DNA from: an uncultured Dehalococcoidia bacterium | GTDB taxonomy: Bacteria > Chloroflexota > Dehalococcoidia > Lucifugimonadales > UBA3495 | Reading direction: 5' to 3' | Assembly (NCBI GenBank): GCA_964587795.1 | Contig: CAZPMU010000004.1 | Span: 15,142-79,141 of the forward strand | DNA length: 64,000 nt | Shown here: positions 18,374-27,300 of the stretch, one piece after another | Layout: every line of letters begins with the position of its first letter | Numbering within the stretch: position 1 is the first letter of the stretch | The notes under the pieces: model-generated | What the model was told of the DNA's origin: nothing | The model's input: the letters and a program-made list of their open reading frames with translations, nothing else | Databases searched by the model: none | Translations under genes and position numbers: made by a program

Positions 18374-21300
18374 ATGATGGAAAGTGACACCAACCTGGAA
18401 GCATCCGGCCCGACTCCCGAAAGACTGCCCTCTAAAGTGGCCGGTGGGTGTCGGAATATGAGAGGGCCCGGGGAACCGATCGCCGTAGTGGGAATGGCAT
18501 GTAAGTTCCCCGGCGCGCCGGATATTGCGGCCCTGTGGCGGCTTTTGGCGGCGGGAGGGAACGCCGTCATCGAAGGCGAACCCGGTTCAGGAGTTGGGCG
18601 TATTGGCCAGTTCTATCCCAAGTCCGCTGCCCAGTACACAGCTTGCAGGTTTGCCGCACTGGTAGATGACATTGACCTTTTCGATGCAGAGTTCTTCCGC
18701 ATTTCCCCGGTGGAGGCCCAGTTGCTGGACCCCCAGCAGAGGATGACCCTTGAGATCTGCTGGCAGGCCCTTGAGGATGCGGGTATAGACCCGGAGAGTC
18801 TGCGGAACACCCGCAGCGGCGTATATATCGGCGTCACCAACAACGACTATCGGGGGATGAACCTTGCCTCCGCCAGCCAGATAAGTGAGCCCGCCGCCAG
18901 CCTCTATGCCGTCAGCGGCACATCCTTCAACACCGTTGCCGGCCGGGTGGCGTACGTGCTTGGCCTGGAAGGTCCCACCATTGCCCTGGATACCGCCTGC
19001 TCCTCTTCGCTGGTTGCCGTGCACCAGGCCGTTTCGGCTCTGCGGGAGGGCGAGGCGGATCTGATGCTTGTAGGGGGGACCCAGGCTATTTTCAACGGCC
19101 GCCTGACCCAACTGCGGGCCCAGGCGGGCATGCTTTCCCCGCAGGGCCAGTGCAAGGCCTTCGACTCCTCGGCCAACGGCTTCGTCCGGGGCGAGGGCTG
19201 CGGCATCGTCGTGCTGAAACGGTTGAGCGACGCCGAAGCGGACGGCGACCCCATCTGGGGCGTTATCCTTGGCTCCGCCATCAACCAGGACGGCGCCAGC
19301 GCCGGGCTTACCGTACCGAGCGCTCCGGCCCAAGTAAAGGTTATCCAGGACGCCCTGCTCCAGGCTGGGGTTGCGCCGGCGGAAGTGGATTACCTGGAGG
19401 CCCACGGCACGGGAACAGAGGTGGGCGACCCTATTGAGCTGAGCTCCGCCGCCGAGGCCTACGGCAACGGACGAAAACCGGACCGACCCCTGCTGGTGGG
19501 TTCGATCAAGACCAACATGGGCCACCTGGAGCCGACGGCGGGTATAGCCGGATTTATGAAGGCGGTACTGTCGCTGCGCCAGCGCGTAATACCCAAGCAC
19601 CTGCACTTTGACAACCCAAACCCGAGGGTGGACTGGGCGAACTTGCCGGTGGTGATTACCGGCGAAAAGACCGATTGGCCTTCCACCGGCAATCGACCGC
19701 CCAGGGCCGGTGTCAGTTCCTATGGCTGGTCTGGCACCAACGCTCACGTCATTGTCGAGGGCTACGGTCAACCCGACAATCCGTTATCGGGAAGCGACGA
19801 AGTTTCGTTGCCTACCGGCAGCGTGGTAACCATTGGCTGGAGCGTTAATGAGGACGAAGAGCCCCCATCTGAGAGCGAGAGGACTTTCGAAGGGCGGCCG
19901 GCCCGCTTTTTGCCCGTCTCGGGCAAGTCGGCCGACGCCCTGCGGGACACGGCCAATGCCTACTTGACCTGGCTCGACGAGCATGAGGCTGACGCGGAGC
20001 TTGCCGACCTGGTCTGGTCAGCCAGCGTTGCTCGAAGCCATTTCGACTTTAGGGACGGCGTTGTATTTCGCGACGGCGTCACTCTTCGAAAGGGGCTGGA
20101 AGCAATGGCGGGGAACTTGGACCCTGCTTTCCTCCCCAGGGCAGCCCGAGTTGCCTTTGTCTATACCGGCCAGGGAAACCAGTGGGTGGGCATGGGCGAG
20201 GCGCTTTACCGGCAGGAACCCGTTTTTCGAGAAATAATGGACCGCTGCGACAGTTTCATTCGACAAGAGCGGGGAGTATCGCTGCTTGACGTGATGTTCG
20301 GACGTACAGGCGCTACCGGCGACCTGGACGAGCCCCGGTGGACGCAGCCTTCCATTTATGCCCTGGAGTGCGCCCTGACAGCGTTGTGGCGCAGTTTGGG
20401 CATTGAGCCCGTCGCGGTGCTGGGCCACAGCCTGGGGGAGATTGCCGCGGCCCAAGCCGCCGGCGTGTTCACCCTGGAAGATGGAATGAAGTTTGCCTCT
20501 GCCCGCGGCCGACTGATGGGAGACCTGCCCGGAGCCGGGGCCATGGCTGCCGTCTTTGCTCCGGTGGCCCGGGTGACCGAGGCGGTAGAAAACTGGAAGA
20601 AGGAACACCCCGGATCTGACCTTTGCATCGGCGTGGACAACGGCGCGCACCAGGTTATCAGCGGGCCGCAGGAAGAGGTGCATGCCCTGGCCGACCGGCT
20701 GGAGTACGAGGGCGTCAACCTGAGACGGTTACGGCCCAGTCCTGCCTACCACAGCCCGTTAGTGGAACCGGCGCTGGACGACTTGCAGGCCGTACTCGAA
20801 GACATGGGAGTCTCCACTCCTTCCGTTACGCTGGTCAGCAACGTGACGGGTAAGCCGGTAGGAACCGACTTTGCGATGGACGGCGCTTACTGGCGCCGGC
20901 ACGCCCGCCAACCGGTGCAATTCCGGCAATGCGTGGAGACTTTGGCCACCGACCTGGGTGTTGATGCAGTCATTGAACTGGGCCCCCACGCCATCCTCGG
21001 TCCCCTGGTGTCTTTGAATTGGCCCACCGGCGCCGGTGTTGCCGATACCCCGCTGATACTGCAGAGTCTGCTGCGGCCCTCTTTCGACGGCTCAGAGCCC
21101 GAAAGGGCGGACGCCTTCGTCGGTGCCGTGGCCGGAGCGTACCGGGCGGCTCTGCCCGTGGACTTCAGGGGCCTGTTCGCCGGGGAAGTCCGGCGGCGGA
21201 TTAAAATTCCCGGCTACCCATTCCAGCGGCGGCGTTTCTGGACTCCGACTCCGCAGCGTCGGGCCTCGGAAGACTCGCACCCCTTGCTGGGCGTGAAGCA

Positions 21301-24300
21301 CGAGTCACCCCGGGGCGAGGTGATGTTCGAGACCGAGATGCTTCCCTCCGACCCAGTCTGGCTGGCCGACCACCGGGTTTACGGCCGGGTGGTAATGCCC
21401 GGCGCCCTGTTCGGCGCCATGGCCGCCGCAGCATCGGAGATTGATGGGTCCGGTGGTCTGGTAATTGAGGAGTTTCAACTACTTAACCCCTTGGTGTACC
21501 CCGAGTACGATGAGACGGACGACTCGCGAGAACCGGGGAAACGGGTCCAGTTGATCGTTGACGACGCCAGTGGTAATCAGATACGCCATTTTGAAATTTT
21601 CAGCAAAGGCGAAGGGGAAGAAGACTGGGTCCAGCATGCCGAGGGTCAGTTTTCCCGACGCGACACGCGGGCTGCATCCATTGAATGGGTTGACATCGAT
21701 GCCTTGAAGGATGGACTTTCCCCCCAGGACCTGCCTTCCTATTACCGCAGCAAGGCGGCCGCGGGCATAGACCTGGGCCCGGCCTTCCGCACCCTGGAAG
21801 CCCTGTGGGGCGGAGATGGCGAGGCCGTGGCTGAATTGGCGCTGCAGTTCCGCGGCGACGGGAACGATTCCGCCCTCCATCCCCTCTTGTTGGACGGGTG
21901 TCTCCAGGTCTTCTCCGCAGCCCGTTACCAGACCGTTGTGGGGGGCGACGCTACCTACCTTCCCTTCGCCTGGGAACGGCTCTGGCTAAACGGCCCCCTG
22001 CCTGGCAACTTTGTCTGCCACGCCCGCCTGCGGGATTCCGTGAACGACCAGGACGCTGAAGGGCAAATTTCACAGATTCCGGAAACCCTGAAAGGTGACC
22101 TTTGTTTTTACTCTCCTGACGGCCTGGCGCTAGGCGGCTTGACCGGCTTCGCCGTGAAGCGATCCTCCCGTTCCTCCCTGCTGTCTGCCACGGAAGAACT
22201 GGAGGACCTGCTCTACGAGGTGGTCTGGCGTGAGAGGCCGTTGCTCGACCGGTTGCAGCCCGCCGACGCTCTGGCATCGCCGTCCACGGTGGCGGCATCC
22301 ACCGGCACTTTCGGTGAATACCTGGCCCGCGAGGGAGTGAACCTGGAGGAGAGGTCTGCCCTGCTGGACGACCTGAAGCTTTTGTCCCGCGCTTATGCGT
22401 ATGCATCCCTGGACCAGCTGGGTTGGGAACGACGATCGGGTACGGTAGTCGACCCGGAGTTGTTGCAGGAACATCTGGGCATACTCCCCGAGCATACAGT
22501 CCTTTTCGACAGAATGCTGCGTCTGCTGGTTGACGCCGGAGTGCTGGAGCGGGATGGCGGAAGATACAGGGTCAGAATCGGGACTGGAGAACCCTTGCCC
22601 GACGAAGATTTGGCCTACCCTGATGACCTTAACGACCGACTGACTGCCCTCCACCCCCATGGCGCCGTCGAACTGGGTCTGCTGCGGAGAAGCGGAGGAG
22701 CGCTGGCCCAGGTGCTGCAAGGAGACGTGAACCCCCTCTCCATTCTGTTCCCCAGAGAGGGGCCAGGGATAGCCGATTATTACTTCACCGCTCCGGCATC
22801 CCGCGCAACGAACCAGTTGTTGGGAGAAGCCGTAGCGGCTGCCGTGGCCAACTGGCCGGAAGAGCGTCCTCTGCGGATTCTGGAGGTGGGCGCGGGAACC
22901 GGCTCCGGCACTTCGGTGGTTTTGCCCCAACTGCGGCCTGGGAATTTCACGTATATGTTCACCGACATTTCGGCGGGGTTCTTTGCCGAGGCCGAGAACA
23001 GATTCGCCGATTCGGGCGCCCCGCTGGAATACCGCTCCCTGGACATAGAGCGGAATCCTGGCGACCAGGGCTTCGACCTGCATGCTTATGACCTGGTCAT
23101 TGCCGTGAACGTGTTGCATGCCACCCGCGACCTGGGCGAGACGCTGACCAATTGCCGAGAGTTGCTGGCGCCTTCCGGGAAGCTGATAGCGGTGGAAAAC
23201 CTGCGAGGCCGCGGCTGGCAGGACATGGTATTTGGGCAACTGGACGGCTGGTGGAGGTTCTCTGACCAGTATCGTCCCGACCACGCACTCGCCTCACCTG
23301 AAGTATGGCGGCGGGCCCTGGCCGATGCCGGATACGTGGAATCCGCCGTCTTGGGCGGAGAACCGGGGACTGATGAGCGGCCCCTGGGTTCGGGCGTCGT
23401 ACTGGCCGAAGGGCCCCGTGAAGTTGGGTGGGAGGCCGGGGTCTGGGTAGTGGCCGGCGGCGAGCGCGCATTCTCGCAAGATCTGGCGTCAGCCCTGGCG
23501 CAGCAAAACCAGACCGTGGTTCTGGCTTCTCCCTTGTCGGAAATTGCAAATTCCGAAGCGTCGAAGGGCATTCGGCGTGAAACGGTGGAACCGGACGACA
23601 GGAACTCCTGGCTCTGCTTGCTGAACCAGTTGCCGACGGCGCTGCCCTTGAGGGGCGTGGTGCATTGCTTCGCCACTGAAGGGCACGGGCTTCAAGCCTC
23701 CACCGAAGAAATGGCGGATGACGTGCGCCGGATCGGACAGTCCGCTTTGACTCTTGCCCAGGCTCTGCAGGATGCGGATATCTCGCTGGATAGGGGACTA
23801 TGGTTCGTAACGCGCGGGGCGCAGGCTCTGGAGCGGGACTACATGCGCGAGTGGGCTGGGCAACTGGCAGGGTCCTCCTTGTGGGGTTTCGGCAAGGTTG
23901 TGGCGCGGGAAGCGGCACATCTCCGCCCGCGAATGCTGGATTTGGACCCAGCAGGGCCGGACAATTTGGAAAGTCTCGTCAACGAAATGATGTTTCCCGA
24001 CCCGGAAACCCAGGTGGCGTTCCGGGACGGAAGGCGTCTGGCGGCGCGCCTGGTCAGGGCAGGGTCGGGTCGAGCACGGATAGATTTGCCGGACGACTCG
24101 GGCTGGCGCCTGATGCCCGGCGCCGGAGGAGGCCTGGAAAGCCTGCACGCCGAACCCGCTCCCAGCCGTCCCCTGGAACCGGGGCAGGTCCGGGTGGCAG
24201 TGGAAGCAGTGGGCGTGAACTTCCTTGACGTGCTCCTCAGCATGGGAGTCGTGACGTCCGCCGAACCGCTGCTGGGCGAGGAATTTTGCGGACGAATTAC

Positions 24301-27300
24301 GGAAACTGCGCCGGATGTGACGAAGGTAGCAGTGGGCGATAGAGTGGTGGGGCTGGGCTTCGGCACCTTTGGACCCGAGATTGTAACTACGGCGGAACTG
24401 GTCGCGCCCGCACCCGAAGGAATGCATGCGGCGGCGCTAACAACCATACCATCAGCCTTCGTCAGCGCCGGGCTGAGCTTCGAGATGGCCGGGTTAAAGG
24501 CTGGCGACCGGGTACTTATCCACACCGCATCGGGCGGCGTGGGACTGGCGGCCGTGCAGTTGGCACAAAGCGTGGGAGCCGAAGTTTTCGCCACCGCTAG
24601 CCAGCCCAAGCAAGCCTACCTCCGGGCCCTGGGCGTAGAGCATGTTTTCGACAGCCGGACAATCGACTTTGGCCAGCAGGTCCGGGAAGCAATAGGCGGC
24701 GCCGGCATAAACATGGTATTGAACAGCCTAACGGGCCCCGGGTTCATCGAGGCCAGCCTTTCCTGCCTGGCGGACGGCGGCAGTTTTGTTGAGATGGGAC
24801 GCCGGGACATCTGGAGCAGCGAAGAAATGGCAGCATCGCGGCCCGATGTCGCCTATTCCATTCTCGAGTTGGACTACCTGAAGAAGAACGAACCGTCCCG
24901 TCCGGGCCGAATGCTCCGCTCCGTCATGGAAGGAATTTCGGGGGGCACTCTGGAGCCGCTGGCCCACACCCGCTGGCCCATCGCCGAGGCCGGGGCCGCC
25001 ATGGAGTTCATGCGGTCGGCCCGTCACATAGGCAAGAATGTCATGGTAATGCCGCGGATGGCTGGTGGTCAGTTACGCCACGACCGCTCCTACCTGGTAA
25101 CCGGCGGTCTCGGCGGCATAGGCACGGTGGTTGCCCGCTGGCTGGCCGAGCGAGGCGCCGGGGTAATTGTCTTGAACGGACGTCGGCCCCCGGACCCGGA
25201 AGCGCAGGAAGTGATTGATTCCCTTCGGGCGCAGGGGACAGATGTCCGGGTGGAACTGGCCGACATGACCGACTTGGCGGCCATAGATAGCATGCTTGCC
25301 AGGATCGACGCCAACATGCCGCCCCTGGCCGGAGTCATTCACAGCGTGGGGGTGCTGTCCGACGGCTCCCTGGGAAACCAGACCTGGGAGCGTTTCGAGC
25401 GGGTCCTGTGGCCCAAGGTACTGGGAGCGTGGCATCTGCACCGGGCCACGTTAGACCGCGACCTGGACTTGTTTGTCCTGTTCTCCAGCATTACCGGCGT
25501 GGTGGGCAATTCGGGACAGGGCAACCACGCGGCGGCCAATACTTTCCTGGACCAGTTGGCCGCTTACCGCCGCTCCCTGGGCCTGCCGGGCCAGAGCATC
25601 GCCTGGGGAGCCTGGTCCGGGCTGGGCGAGGCCGAAGAACAGCGGCAGCGAATCGAACGTCAGCTCGAGGCGGCGGGCACCGGATGGCTCAGCCCGCAAC
25701 AGGGGCTGAAGGCCCTCGAGGAACTGGTACACCAGGACATGACCTTCGGGATGGTGGCGTCGGTGGACTGGCCGACCCTGGCGGAAAACTTTGAGGAGCC
25801 TCCCACTTTCCTGGTCGAGTTGCTGCCCGGCGAGGAAAATGGCGACCAAACCCTTGCCGGCGACACGGCAGACTTCTTGTCCCAGCTAAAGTCCGCGCCG
25901 CAGGAAGCCTGGGAGCAGGTACTGGTTCCCTTCCTGCAAAGAGAATTGCAGGCAGTGCTTCGGATGCCGACGGCCCCAGCGCCCAATGTGGGCTTTTTCG
26001 AATTGGGTATGGACTCTTTGATGTCGGTGGAACTCCGCAACCGGCTGAACCGTACCCTGGCGGGCGAGTACACGGTCTCCAACACCGCCGTGTTCGACTA
26101 TCCCAACATCTCTGCCCTGGCCGGTCACCTGGGCGCTGAACTCGGGCCGGTCCTGGGGTCTGCCAACGTCGTGGCGGACATTCCGAGTCTGCGTAGGCCG
26201 GTAACCCACGTCTCTACCGATGAAGATGCCATAGCCATAGTGGGGATGGCTTGCCGATTCCCCGGTGCGTCGAACCTGGAGTCTTTCTGGGACCTGCTTG
26301 AAAGAGGAAAAGACGCCATTACTGACGGCCGCCCCGCCGGGGGACCCTGGGAGGGTGTGGCCGGCGACCCGGCAGCACAGGAAGACATTTTCCGGCGGGG
26401 TGGGTTCATTGAAGACCTGGACCGGTTCGACAACCGATTTTTCCGCGTTTCTCCTATAGAGGCGCGGCTGATGGACCCCCAGCAGCGGCTGCTACTGGAA
26501 ACAACCTGGCACGCGCTGGAAGACGCCGGACTTGACCCCGAAAGGCTCAGGGGAAGCCGCACTGGCGTCTATGCCGGCATTGGCACCAGCGAGTACCGGG
26601 AAGTAATCTCCGCGAGCGGGCAGGAGGACCTGTATTTCGGGACCAGCGCCAGCCTGACCGCGGGAAAAATTGCCTTTGTGCTGGGGCTTGAAGGACCGGC
26701 CATGCCGGTGGACATGGCCTGCGCCTCCTCCCTGGCGGCGGTTCACCAGGCGGTTGCCGCCCTACGAGGGGGAGAGGTGGATTTGGCTCTGACCGGAGCG
26801 GTCAACACCACCCTGTCGTTGCCCATTGCCCGCTTCCACCGCGAAATGGGATTGCTGTCCGCCTCGGGGCGCTGCAATGCCTTCGACGCCACTGCCGACG
26901 GGTTCGTTCGCAGCGAGGGCTGCGGGGTGCTGGTCCTGAAGCGGCTGAGCCAGGCGGAAGCCGACGGCGACCGAATCTGGGGCCTGGTGAAGGGCACGGC
27001 AATCAATCAAAGCGGGACCAGCGCAGCCATGCCGGTGCCCAACGGGCCAGCCCAGGAGCGAGCAATGGAAGAAGCCCTCGCCAAGGCCGGTGTGGCTCCC
27101 GCTGAAGTGGACTACGTAGAGGCCCACGGCACCGGTACTGAACTGGGTGACTCCATTGAACTTCGGGCCCTGGCTTCGGTTTACGGCAAGGGGAGAGAAG
27201 CGGAACGTCCCCTGCTGCTGGGTTCGGTCAAGACCAACATCGGTCATACCGAGTGGTCATCGGGAATGGCCAGCATCATCAAGGCCGTAATGGCAATGCA

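Noticed and set aside
18587-19771. 394-aa minus-strand ORF, along with dozens of other 60-390-aa ORFs inside 18374..28744
   Set aside because: All overlap the PKS reading frame, which carries unambiguous domain motifs. These are shadow ORFs of a high-GC gene.
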